Translations under genes and position numbers: made by a program | Notes under the pieces: generated by a model | What the model was told of the DNA's origin: nothing | Databases searched by the model: none | The model's input: the letters and a program-made list of their open reading frames with translations, nothing else | Shown here: piece by piece, positions 37,332-46,417 of the stretch | Numbering within the stretch: position 1 is the stretch's first letter | Layout of the letters: each line of letters begins with the position of its first letter | From: Spirochaetia bacterium | Lineage (GTDB): Bacteria > Spirochaetota > Spirochaetia > UBA9216 | Direction of reading: 5' to 3' | Length of the DNA stretch: 64,000 bases | NCBI GenBank assembly: GCA_965140585.1 | Contig: OZ223267.1 | Location: 224,001 to 288,000, forward strand

Positions 37332-38214
37332 CAGATTGAAGAATAAAAGCTTCTTTTTGATACTAGTATTTTTTCTCACGGTTTTAAGCGGCATTTCCGC
37401 CTTTGATTGGCCTGTTGCAGACCCTTTGATCACAAGTACATTCGGTACTGAAAAATGGGGCGGATTTTCTTCCGGAATCGATTTGTCTTCGGATTCTGCA
37501 GGGGTCAGTCCCTCTGAGGCTGGTGAAGTAATTTTTTATGCTGATGCGAATTCTATTTGTGCAATCCCCGCAGGTCTTGGTTCTTTCGTTGTGATCGAGC
37601 ATGAACGGAAGCTTAGAACAATATATGGAAACCTTGAAGAGGGCAGTATCGAAACTGAAAGTACGTCGGTGAATACAGATGATATCATAGGGTTAGCCGG
37701 ACAATCAGGAAACTCTGTTAAACCGCATCTTTTTTTTGCTGTTCTTGACAGTGAATTTGAACAATATGTAAATCCTCTGCTTGTACTTAATTCCATATCA
37801 GATACAGAGAAACCGGTTATACGTGAAATCGGCTTTTCTACAGCCTCAGGCTACTATCCGGTGAGCGGAAAGCCTGTCCTTCAGGCCGGAAATGCTGAAC
37901 TCACCGCTGAAATATTCGATCCGTCACTTTCGTCAGCCTATTTTGCGCAGATGGCTCCCTATAAGATACATCTCTTTCTCAATGGTGAGGAAATATTCTA
38001 TATCGGCTTTGAATCAATTGTAACAAGCGACGGTCTAAGCATGACTAAGACTCCGGTAGAAATTTCGGCTCCTGATTTTTTCAAGGCGGACGGCAAGGTC
38101 TCTCTTGGACGTATTAATCTTGTTCCGGGAGAGTCCAGGTTTGAAATCCTGGTCAGTGACTATGCGGGTAATGAAACAAGCCGCAGCTTCCGTATAACCG
38201 TAAACGGTAACTGA
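37321..38214 (+). CDS. M23/LytM-like protein with degenerate metal ligands
   Basis: WPV...ITSTFG, GIDL, G..VVIEH, IG..G.SG.S..PHL; both the HxxxD and HxH motifs are altered. Confidence 0.7.
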   Translation: MKDSRLKNKSFFLILVFFLTVLSGISAFDWPVADPLITSTFGTEKWGGFSSGIDLSSDSAGVSPSEAGEVIFYADANSICAIPAGLGSFVVIEHERKLRTIYGNLEEGSIETESTSVNTDDIIGLAGQSGNSVKPHLFFAVLDSEFEQYVNPLLVLNSISDTEKPVIREIGFSTASGYYPVSGKPVLQAGNAELTAEIFDPSLSSAYFAQMAPYKIHLFLNGEEIFYIGFESIVTSDGLSMTKTPVEISAPDFFKADGKVSLGRINLVPGESRFEILVSDYAGNETSRSFRITVNGN

Positions 38215-39084
38215 GTGAAAACCTTCTCCAGAATCCCCTCCGAAACAAACAGCAGGGAAATTCCATGCTGCCTCTGCGGAGCTGAAAATCACCGCCTTCT
38301 GTGGCAGTTTGACGGCTGGCAGTATGTTAAGTGCTGCAGCTGCGGTCTTGTTTATCAGTCTCCCCAGCCTGTAGCTGACGAGCTGGTTGAAAGGTATGAC
38401 GGTGAATACTGCAGTTATGAGCTTGAAAATCAGGATGCGTTTTTTAATCTTATGCTGCTGGGGCTGCGTGATGTCGGCTTTTACAGGCTTGAGAGCAAGC
38501 TCCTGTCTGAAAGCAGTGATAATCCGGAGTCCGAACCGCTTTCCTTTATAGATGTGGGCTGTGCAACTGGTAAACTTGTTGAATATATGCAGGACCGGGG
38601 CTGGAATTCTGCCGGGATTGAAGTTTGTGAATCAGCAGCTCAATACGGTATCAGGCACCGAGGGGTCTCTATTCATATCGGGCCTGCAGAAAGTTCCGGA
38701 ATTGATGATTGCTCCGTTGATCTTATCCACTGTTCTCATTTGATAGAGCATCTTAATAATCCTGATGCATATTTAAAATGGTGCCGGAAAGTTCTTAAGC
38801 CCGGTGGGCATCTGATAGTGGTTACTCCCGATATCAGCGGAATGCAGGCAGGCCTGTTCGGTTGTGAGTGGCGTTCTGCTATTGCTGATCATATGTATCT
38901 GTTTTCGGGAAGGACTCTCGGCAGAATGCTTGAAAAAAACGGTTTTATAATTAAAAAACGGAAAACATGGGGCGGTCTGGCCGCTGGAACGGCACCACGC
39001 CTTTTAAAAAAAGCAGCAGACAAACTGGTGAAATTTACCGGCTGGGGTGATGTGGTCTGTATATTAGCTACCAAAGCTGCCTGA
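38215..39084 (+). CDS. Class I SAM-dependent methyltransferase with N-terminal zinc ribbon
   Basis: CCLCG...CCSCG, IDVGCATG, HLIEH, LKPGG. Confidence 0.85.
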   Translation: MKTFSRIPSETNSREIPCCLCGAENHRLLWQFDGWQYVKCCSCGLVYQSPQPVADELVERYDGEYCSYELENQDAFFNLMLLGLRDVGFYRLESKLLSESSDNPESEPLSFIDVGCATGKLVEYMQDRGWNSAGIEVCESAAQYGIRHRGVSIHIGPAESSGIDDCSVDLIHCSHLIEHLNNPDAYLKWCRKVLKPGGHLIVVTPDISGMQAGLFGCEWRSAIADHMYLFSGRTLGRMLEKNGFIIKKRKTWGGLAAGTAPRLLKKAADKLVKFTGWGDVVCILATKAA

Positions 39085-39088
39085 TGTA

Positions 39089-39117
39089 TTGACATAACAT
39101 ATTCATTTATCTAGGAT
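39089..39117 (+). promoter_or_regulatory. Sigma70 promoter upstream of the DUF4912 gene
   Basis: TTGACA-N17-TAGGAT. Confidence 0.65.
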
Positions 39118-39144
39118 AAACGTTGGTTGTACTGGAGGAAGTAA

Positions 39145-39873
39145 ATGACTGAAGAGCGCCTGCAGCTTCTGCCCGAGGATTTCCTGAGAGAAATCGCAGT
39201 GAAAGAGGGTATCAGCTTTGATGATTCTATTGATAAGGCTGAGCTTATTGATTTGATTCTTGATGCAATTGAGGAAGATCGTTCCGAGAAGGAACTTGCC
39301 AATAATCCGGCAATGCGCATCAAAGAAACCAAATTTGACATTACGCTGAACGAACAGTTCGATTTTGACGAAGATAAATATCCCCTGCCTGAAAAATATA
39401 ATGAAACAAGAATAATGATGCTGCTTAGAGACCCGGCATGGGCATATACATACTGGGATGTTAAAGAGTCTGATATAGCTGCTGTTAAATACGGTGCAGC
39501 AAAGGGGTCTCTTTTTCTCAGAGTTTACGAGCTGCTTGAAGGCGAGTTCAGTAAGAAAAATATCGCGGATTTTTTCGACATTCCGGTAAAACTTGATGAT
39601 AATGACTGGTACATCAACCTTCCCGAGCCGGGGATTCATTATTGTGCAGAACTGATACTGGATACTTCAAAGAATGAGAAAATTCTGTGCCGCTCGAATG
39701 TAGTACTAAGCCCTCTGTGGGAAGTTTCTGAACCCGATGACCTTGCAATACTTAAAGGATCGGGCAATGATCTTCTGCTGGTTGCCGGATTATATGACCT
39801 GGGGCTGGAAGGATCTTCAAGTAAGGTTCCCCAGCGGATTATATCTATGATAGATACCGAATTTCTGGAGTAA
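39145..39873 (+). CDS. DUF4912 domain protein
   Basis: LPEKYNETRI..LRDP.WAYTYWD...WYINL...RSN. Confidence 0.8.
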   Translation: MTEERLQLLPEDFLREIAVKEGISFDDSIDKAELIDLILDAIEEDRSEKELANNPAMRIKETKFDITLNEQFDFDEDKYPLPEKYNETRIMMLLRDPAWAYTYWDVKESDIAAVKYGAAKGSLFLRVYELLEGEFSKKNIADFFDIPVKLDDNDWYINLPEPGIHYCAELILDTSKNEKILCRSNVVLSPLWEVSEPDDLAILKGSGNDLLLVAGLYDLGLEGSSSKVPQRIISMIDTEFLE

Positions 39874-39880
39874 ACTGTTT

Positions 39881-41479
39881 ATGAGCATCGAAAAAGGATA
39901 TCTTAGTCTTGTTCTGCATTCCCATCTTCCCTATGTGCATCATCCAGAGAAAGAAAACTGTCTTGAGGAACACTGGTTTTTTGATGCACTGGCTGAAACT
40001 TACCTCCCGATGCTTAGGATGCTTACATCGTTGCATGAAGAAGGTGTTCCCTACAGACTTACACTGTCAATTTCACCGACACTTACCACAATGCTGATGG
40101 ATGAACTTCTGCAGGAGAGATTTGTAACTTATCTTGAAAACAGAATACTTCTCGGTGAAAAAGAACTTGTAAGAACCCAGAATAATCCGGAGCTTTATAA
40201 GCTTGCTCAGATGTATAAGGCTCATTATGAGCAGGATCTGGATGATTTTGAAAATTTGTATAAAAGAAACCTCATAAAAGGTTTTAAATATCTCGAAAAA
40301 GCCGGCTGTATAGAAATTATAACAACAGCGGCCACACATGCATTTCTTCCGCTTTATCAGGAATTTCCCCGTGTTATTGAAGCCCAGATACACACAGCCG
40401 TTATTTCTTACAGCAGAGTATTCGGGAAGGCTCCGAAAGGTATGTGGATTCCTGAACTCGGCTATTTTCCCGGTCTTGGAAAATACCTGAAGCAGCATGG
40501 AATTGATTACAGTTTTATTGCCGCTCACGGACAGCTCTTTGCTAAGAAAAAATCAAAATACGGAGTATATGCTCCTGTTCAGACAAGCAGCGGAATACTT
40601 GCCTTTTCAAGGGATATTCCTGCATCCAGAGCTGTATGGTCCGATGAAGACGGCTATCCTGCAGATCAGGTTTACCGTGATTTTACACAGGACATAGGGT
40701 TCAATCTTGATTTTGATTATATAGGCCCCCATATCTATGAAGATAAGGTCAGGCTTTCGACCGGATATAAATACTATAGAATTGACGGTGGGGAAAAAGG
40801 TCATATTTACAGGCCTGAGGCTGCTGCCAAAAAAGCTCTGGAGCATGCCGACAATTTCATTTATATGCGCCGCAAGCAGGTTAAGAAACTTGCACCGCTT
40901 CTTGATCGTCCGCCTATTATTGTCTGCCCCAACGACTCTGAAATTTTCGGTCGCTGGTGGTATGAGGGGCTGATCTGGCTTGAAAAGGTTTTGCGTTACG
41001 CTTCAACCGCTGAAGATTTGGGACTCAGGACCCCGAGCGATTATATAGAAGAATTTCCTTCAACTGAAAAGGTTGAACCTATATACTCAAGCTGGGGTAA
41101 CAAGGGCTATGGTGCTGTATGGCTTGACGGCAGTAATGACTGGGTTTATCGACATGTTCATAAAGCCTCTGAGCGAATGCAGGAGCTTGTTGCAAGATTT
41201 CCTGATGAGTCAGGTCTTAAAAAAAGAGTTCTTGATCAGGCTGCAAGAGAGGTCCTTCTTGCACAGGCTTCAGACTGGCCTTTTATAATGAAGACCTGCC
41301 GCAGTGCTGATTATGCTCAGATGCGTGTAAAGCGTCATCTGTTCAACTTTAATCAGATTTACGATAACCTCTGCAGGAATACTGTTAATACCGAATGGCT
41401 GACGAGGATAGAGAAGGAGAACAAGATTTTTCCGGATCTTGATTACAGAATATTCGGTGGAAGACAGTCCATTACCTGA
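39881..41479 (+). CDS. GH57 family 1,4-alpha-glucan branching enzyme-like protein (DUF1957)
   Basis: LHSHLP, ETYLP, ATHAFLP, GMWIPE, DSEIFGRWWYEG, LAQASDWPF. Confidence 0.88.
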   Translation: MSIEKGYLSLVLHSHLPYVHHPEKENCLEEHWFFDALAETYLPMLRMLTSLHEEGVPYRLTLSISPTLTTMLMDELLQERFVTYLENRILLGEKELVRTQNNPELYKLAQMYKAHYEQDLDDFENLYKRNLIKGFKYLEKAGCIEIITTAATHAFLPLYQEFPRVIEAQIHTAVISYSRVFGKAPKGMWIPELGYFPGLGKYLKQHGIDYSFIAAHGQLFAKKKSKYGVYAPVQTSSGILAFSRDIPASRAVWSDEDGYPADQVYRDFTQDIGFNLDFDYIGPHIYEDKVRLSTGYKYYRIDGGEKGHIYRPEAAAKKALEHADNFIYMRRKQVKKLAPLLDRPPIIVCPNDSEIFGRWWYEGLIWLEKVLRYASTAEDLGLRTPSDYIEEFPSTEKVEPIYSSWGNKGYGAVWLDGSNDWVYRHVHKASERMQELVARFPDESGLKKRVLDQAAREVLLAQASDWPFIMKTCRSADYAQMRVKRHLFNFNQIYDNLCRNTVNTEWLTRIEKENKIFPDLDYRIFGGRQSIT

Positions 41480-41494
41480 GGAAGTTTTCGGTAG

Positions 41495-41737
41495 TTAACG
41501 GCAGAGTTCCGCAGTTTCATTCACAGACAACTGCTCAAGAAAATACCTGATAACCGGGCCGTTGTTTGTCTGCTCAGTTGATTTACGATAGACACGGTAT
41601 ACGATCATCCTGGGGGTCGGAAGCGGAAGTCTCTGCGGGAATCCATTAATATCGACAAGTTCGTTAAATCTCAATTCCCGTTCAACTTCCCTGGTGTCTC
41701 CTTCCGGGTAGACTATAATACATGTTGTGAAAGTCAG
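41495..41737 (-). CDS. Unannotated 80-aa hypothetical protein with probable CTG start
   Basis: Open frame (M)TFTTCIIVYPEGDTREVERELRFNELVDINGFPQRLPLPTPRMIVYRVYRKSTEQTNNGPVIRYFLEQLSVNETAELCR*. SD GGAGGA lies 6 nt before the CTG, and CTGA overlaps the stop of the upstream gene. Confidence 0.7.
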   Translation of the reverse strand: MTFTTCIIVYPEGDTREVERELRFNELVDINGFPQRLPLPTPRMIVYRVYRKSTEQTNNGPVIRYFLEQLSVNETAELCR

Positions 41738-42036
41738 AGTTCATCCTCCGTTTCCTGATTATCAATCAGTTTGAAATTCACCATCTTCTTAGCAGGTTTT
41801 TCCTCTTCTTTGAGTTCCTCGATAAGTGAAACTGTCTGGAAAGGGATCATCAGATGTTCCGCCTTTCCGAAAAATCTTCTTACGTCATCTTCTGACGGAT
41901 CGATTATAAGCTTGGATTCGCTGTTGAAGATGAGATCTTTTATTGAAACGAAGTATGGGTGGGTGAGATCAAGGCTTGCCGCCTTAATCTGAATATCTTT
42001 TTCCTTCCATTTAAAGTGAACCCGGTAAACTGACAT
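41734..42036 (-). CDS. DUF1820-like family protein
   Basis: YRVHF...FV.IKDLIF...IIDPSED.VR..F...L.IP...V.LIEE pattern. Confidence 0.7.
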   Translation of the reverse strand: MSVYRVHFKWKEKDIQIKAASLDLTHPYFVSIKDLIFNSESKLIIDPSEDDVRRFFGKAEHLMIPFQTVSLIEELKEEEKPAKKMVNFKLIDNQETEDEL

Positions 42037-42092
42037 GGTTTATTGATAATGAGAAATCGCTAAAAAAGCTACTATACAAAAGTTAAGCTGAT

Positions 42093-42121
42093 ATTATCGG
42101 TTAATCCGGACTTATTCTTTA
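42093..42121 (-). promoter_or_regulatory. Possible sigma28-type promoter for the DUF1820 operon
   Basis: Minus strand TAAA-N16-ACCGATAAT; the spacer is one nt longer than consensus. Confidence 0.35.
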
Positions 42122-42175
42122 ATTCTTTTAAAAAAAGGTTTAAAAAAGGAATTTGATGGTTTACTATAAAAATGG

Positions 42176-42210
42176 GTGGGGAAAAGTGGGAAAAAATAGG
42201 AGTTTGTGGA
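42176..42210 (+). promoter_or_regulatory. MraZ binding repeats
   Basis: GTGGG, GTGGG, ATAGG and GTGGA at an exact 10-bp period immediately upstream of mraZ. Confidence 0.7.
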
Positions 42211-42219
42211 TCAATTGAT

Positions 42220-42660
42220 ATGATTACTGGTGAATTCAGGAATAATCTTGATGATAAGGGTAGAATGCAGGTCCCGTCCCGTATTCGGAATCTTATCCCG
42301 GGGAATGTTCTTGTGATTACACGGGGTATCGATAAATGTCTGTGGGTTTACACTCCTGAAGAATGGAAGCGTGTTGCTTCACTGATTCTTGATTCCACTT
42401 CAGTTTTTAAATCCAAGACGAGGCTTCTGCAGAGAAGAATCATTGCTCCCGCCCATGAATGTGAAATTGACAAGTCCGGAAGAATAAATATTCCCCCTTC
42501 ATTGAGGGAAGCTGCCGGGCTTCAGAAGGAAGTTGTCCTTCTGGCAATGGAAAAATATATGGAAATCTGGGATGAGTCTGAGTACAGTACTTATCTTGAT
42601 GAGAGTGAGGAGGAGTTTCTTGCTGCTGCTGAAGATCTGGGTGATCTTCTTAATATGTAG
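42220..42660 (+). CDS. mraZ: Division/cell wall cluster transcriptional regulator MraZ
   Basis: GEF.N.LDDKGR and IDKSGRINIP duplicated AbrB-like motifs. Confidence 0.93.
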   Translation: MITGEFRNNLDDKGRMQVPSRIRNLIPGNVLVITRGIDKCLWVYTPEEWKRVASLILDSTSVFKSKTRLLQRRIIAPAHECEIDKSGRINIPPSLREAAGLQKEVVLLAMEKYMEIWDESEYSTYLDESEEEFLAAAEDLGDLLNM

Positions 42661-42680
42661 CTGCGGAAGCAGGGCCGTTC

Positions 42681-43625
42681 ATGGATATTGTTCATACATC
42701 GGTGCTTCGGGAAGAAGTTTTTGAGCTTCTGAAACCTGAGGCGGAAGAAAAACTGCTTATTGACTGTACCCTTGGCGAGGGTGGTCATTCCGAGATGTTT
42801 CTACAGAGATGTCCCGGGCTGAATGTTGTCGGGCTTGATGCCGACAGCACGATTATGTCCGTCGCCAAAGAGCGTCTTTCGGTTTTCGGAGAAAGGATGC
42901 GTTTTTACAATGAGTGGTTCAACCAGTTTTTCAGAACTTATCCTCTGGGAGATGAGCGGCCCGACCTCATTCTTTTTGATCTGGGTATCTCGGTCTATCA
43001 TTATGAAAAATCAGGCAGGGGTTTTTCCTTTCTTCGGGAGGAAGAGCTTGATATGCGTCTGAATCCGTCACTCGAGATAAGCGCTGCTGATATTATAAAT
43101 ACTTATCCGGAGTCTGAAATTGCGGATCTTATCTATAAATACGGGGAAGAGCGGTATTCCAGACGTTTTGCGAAAGCGATCTGTGAAGACAGGCGTAAAG
43201 AAAAAATCCTTACAACGAAGGCTCTTGCAGATCTGATAAGCAGAGTTTCTCCGCCGGAATACAGACGAGGACGCATTCATCCTGCAACCAGAACCTTTCA
43301 GGCATTGAGAATATCTGTGAACGGTGAGCTTGCAAGGCTTGAAAACGCATTAGAGAATGCGTTGAAAATCCTGGAGCCGGGCGGCAGGATGGGGGTCATT
43401 ACATTTCATTCTCTTGAAGACCGGATTGTTAAGCACTTTTTTAAAGATAAAAACAGATCCTGTACTTGTCCTCCGGAACAGCCGATATGTAACTGTGGGG
43501 GTGAAAGGGTTGTTGAGATACTTACCCGTAAACCCGTTCGGCCGCTTGATGAGGAGATAAAAACAAATGCCCCGTCAAGAAGTTCGAAATTTAGAGTTAT
43601 TCGGAAACTCAGGGATGAAGACTGA
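42681..43625 (+). CDS. rsmH: 16S rRNA m4C1402 methyltransferase
   Basis: DCTLGEGGHS, DLGIS, HPATRTFQALRI, FHSLEDRIVK. Confidence 0.95.
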   Translation: MDIVHTSVLREEVFELLKPEAEEKLLIDCTLGEGGHSEMFLQRCPGLNVVGLDADSTIMSVAKERLSVFGERMRFYNEWFNQFFRTYPLGDERPDLILFDLGISVYHYEKSGRGFSFLREEELDMRLNPSLEISAADIINTYPESEIADLIYKYGEERYSRRFAKAICEDRRKEKILTTKALADLISRVSPPEYRRGRIHPATRTFQALRISVNGELARLENALENALKILEPGGRMGVITFHSLEDRIVKHFFKDKNRSCTCPPEQPICNCGGERVVEILTRKPVRPLDEEIKTNAPSRSSKFRVIRKLRDED

Positions 43626-43920
43626 CATGATAAAGAGGATTGTAATAGTACTGCTTGTTCTGCTGCTTCCGGCGCTTCTTTTTGCCGCGGTCTGGCAGTC
43701 TTACAGGTATGACAGCCTGGAGGCTTCGGTTGCTGAACTTGAGGGGCAGCAGAAGGAACTTTTTGAAGAGAATAAGAAAATTGTAATGGGGATAGAATTT
43801 CTGAAATCCCCTTTCAGAATAAACAAGATAGCAGAAGAAAAACTGAAGCTTGAAAAAATCAAACCTGAGAAAGTTATCAGGATTGAGCTGCTTCCGCAGG
43901 GAGGCCGGCAGGATGGCTGA
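43615..43920 (+). CDS. ftsL: Cell division protein FtsL-like
   Basis: Single TM helix plus coiled coil (L.SP.RI.KIA); position after rsmH. The start is 43615 or 43627. Confidence 0.75.
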   Translation: MKTDMIKRIVIVLLVLLLPALLFAAVWQSYRYDSLEASVAELEGQQKELFEENKKIVMGIEFLKSPFRINKIAEEKLKLEKIKPEKVIRIELLPQGGRQDG

Positions 43921-45331
43921 GAAGTCACGGGTTCTGTTTAATGTAAGGCAGGCCGGAGCCTGGTCGCGTGCGATAGTTTTCGGCAATGACCTGGCGGAAA
44001 TTACTTCTGTTGTTACTGATTCAAGAGACGCTGTCCCCGGCTGTCTCTTCGTTGCTATTAAAGGGGAGAGAACTGACGGGCATAAATATATCGCCCAGGT
44101 CTGTGAGGCCGGAGCTGGTGCTGTTATAGTAGCCCAGGACTGGCTTAAAGTAAATTCCGGGGTTCTTGATGAATATGAGAACACGGCTTTTATAGTAGGT
44201 GAAGCCCCTGTACGTCTTCTGCAGGATATTTCTGCCGGATATATGCGCGGCTTGTCTCATCCTGTAAGAATAGGTGTTACCGGAAGCAGTGGAAAGACGA
44301 CTGTCAAGGAAGTTATTGCTGCGGTTCTTTCTGCCGGCGGTTCGGTTGTGAAGACAAGGGGTAATCTGAATTCTGAAATCGGACTGCCGGTTGCAGTTCT
44401 TGATATTGAAGAAGCTTCGGATTACGCCGTTATTGAAATGGGCATTAACCGTGTGGGTGAAATGGATATCCTAGCTGAGATATTCCGTCCGGATGTGGTT
44501 GTCATTACCAACATCGGGACTGCCCATATCGGTATTTTGGGCAGCAGGGAAAATATTGCTGCTGAAAAGAAAAAGGCAGCTGTTAATTTTGACGGCAGTC
44601 AGGTTCTTTTTGTATCAGAAGAAGAGACCTATTCAAATATCCTTGGTGAAGATTTGAACGGCCGGCTGATGAAGTACGGTATTAAACAGGTTAAGGCTGA
44701 TTTCAGCTTTTCAGATAAGGGCCTTGCCGGGTGGGAGGTTGGACTTGACGCTTATAAAGCTGTATATCCTCTTCCCGGTGTTCATAATCTGATGAATGCA
44801 GTATGTGCAGTCTGTGTTGCTGAATATTTCGGGCTTGATTCTGAGAGTATCTGCAGGGGGCTGGCGTTATCGGCAACTCTGTCAGGAAGAAGTGAGATTA
44901 TCGAAGGCGGAGTAACTGTAATTCAGGATGCTTATAATTCAAATGCTGATTCTCTTTCCAGATCCATGAATTTTGCCGATTCTGTAAAATGGAACGGCAG
45001 GAAGATTTATGTGATAGGTGATATGAAGGAGCTTGGCGATAACTCTGCAGAAATTCACGAGGCGGCCGGAAAAGAGGCTGCTGAAAGCTGTGCGGATGAG
45101 CTTTTCTTTTTCGGTGAAGATTCAAAGACGGCTTATGAAGCGGCCGTCTCTGTGAAAAACACTGCCGGAGACGGAAATGATATTGTGTCCTGGACAGCTG
45201 ATTATGCGGAGCTTGAGGAAATGGTTCTTGAATCGCTGCAGGAGGGGGATCTCCTTCTGCTTAAAGCGTCAAGATCCATGAACCTTGAAAGGCTTGTTAA
45301 GCCTGTAATTGAGAAATTCGGGAGAAAATAA
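43913..45331 (+). CDS. murF: UDP-MurNAc-tripeptide:D-Ala-D-Ala ligase
   Basis: TDSR, DGH, VTGSSGKTTVKE, DAYNSN, GDMKELG, LLKASR. Confidence 0.93.
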   Translation: MAEKSRVLFNVRQAGAWSRAIVFGNDLAEITSVVTDSRDAVPGCLFVAIKGERTDGHKYIAQVCEAGAGAVIVAQDWLKVNSGVLDEYENTAFIVGEAPVRLLQDISAGYMRGLSHPVRIGVTGSSGKTTVKEVIAAVLSAGGSVVKTRGNLNSEIGLPVAVLDIEEASDYAVIEMGINRVGEMDILAEIFRPDVVVITNIGTAHIGILGSRENIAAEKKKAAVNFDGSQVLFVSEEETYSNILGEDLNGRLMKYGIKQVKADFSFSDKGLAGWEVGLDAYKAVYPLPGVHNLMNAVCAVCVAEYFGLDSESICRGLALSATLSGRSEIIEGGVTVIQDAYNSNADSLSRSMNFADSVKWNGRKIYVIGDMKELGDNSAEIHEAAGKEAAESCADELFFFGEDSKTAYEAAVSVKNTAGDGNDIVSWTADYAELEEMVLESLQEGDLLLLKASRSMNLERLVKPVIEKFGRK

Positions 45332-46411
45332 ATGTTAAAAGAATTGCTGTATCCGCTGGTAGATTATTTTACAGCGTTCAATATATTTCAGTACATCACC
45401 TTCAGAGCCGCATATGCAGCGGTAACGGCTCTGTTTATCTCCTTTCTGTTCGGTCCCAAGATAATCAGCGGGCTAAGGAAGTTTAAACTCGGTCAGATGG
45501 TCAGGAAGGATGGACCGCAGTCTCATCTTTCCAAAACAGGTACTCCGACAATGGGCGGGCTGATAATTATTCTTGCTATACTTGTCGCATGTCTTTTGTG
45601 GATGGATATGACAAATCCGTATATGTGGATTGGTATTGTATCTATGCTGGGTTTCGGCTTTGTAGGTTTTATGGATGATTATCTTAAAATTACAAGAAAA
45701 AGCTCAGAAGGGCTTCAAGCCAGGTTTAAGCTTTTCGGCCAGATTTTTGTCTCTCTTATCATTGTACTTTTTTTGTATTTTAATGCGAACGAGCACACGA
45801 CACTGCTGTATCTTCCGTTTCTTAAGAAGCCGGTTGTTGATTTGGGGGTGTTTTATATTCCTGCAGCAGTATTTCTGCTTGTTTATTCAACTAATTCTGT
45901 AAATCTGACTGATGGGCTGGATGGGCTCGCAGTAGGGCTTGTCATGCTTGTTGGCATTGCTTTCGGCATACTTACCTATATAGTCGGGCGTGCAGACTTC
46001 GCTGAATATCTTCAGGTTCCATATCTGCCTGAAAGCAGCGAGCTTCCTGTTTACTGCTTTGCACTGATAGGTGCTGCGGTGGGCTTTTTGTGGTTTAATG
46101 CTCATCCGGCTGAAGTTTTTATGGGTGATACCGGTTCACTGGCCCTGGGCGGGGCTCTGGGTGTTGTTGCACTGATGATTAAGAAAGAAATCCTGTTTAT
46201 CATCATCGGCGGTGTTTTTCTTCTGGAAACGCTTTCGGTAATAATTCAGGTTGTCTCATATAAGACCAGGGGGAAGCGGGTGTTTAAAATGGCGCCTCTT
46301 CATCATCATTTTGAGCTGAAAGGCTGGGCTGAAACAAAAGTTGTTATCAGGTTCTGGATAATGGGCGGAATGTTTGCGATTCTTGCTCTCTCAACATTGA
46401 AAATACAGTAG
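45332..46411 (+). CDS. mraY: Phospho-MurNAc-pentapeptide translocase
   Basis: KTGTPTMGG, NLTDGLDGL, FMGDTGS, MAPLHHHFE. Confidence 0.96.
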   Translation: MLKELLYPLVDYFTAFNIFQYITFRAAYAAVTALFISFLFGPKIISGLRKFKLGQMVRKDGPQSHLSKTGTPTMGGLIIILAILVACLLWMDMTNPYMWIGIVSMLGFGFVGFMDDYLKITRKSSEGLQARFKLFGQIFVSLIIVLFLYFNANEHTTLLYLPFLKKPVVDLGVFYIPAAVFLLVYSTNSVNLTDGLDGLAVGLVMLVGIAFGILTYIVGRADFAEYLQVPYLPESSELPVYCFALIGAAVGFLWFNAHPAEVFMGDTGSLALGGALGVVALMIKKEILFIIIGGVFLLETLSVIIQVVSYKTRGKRVFKMAPLHHHFELKGWAETKVVIRFWIMGGMFAILALSTLKIQ

Positions 46412-46417
46412 GAAATA

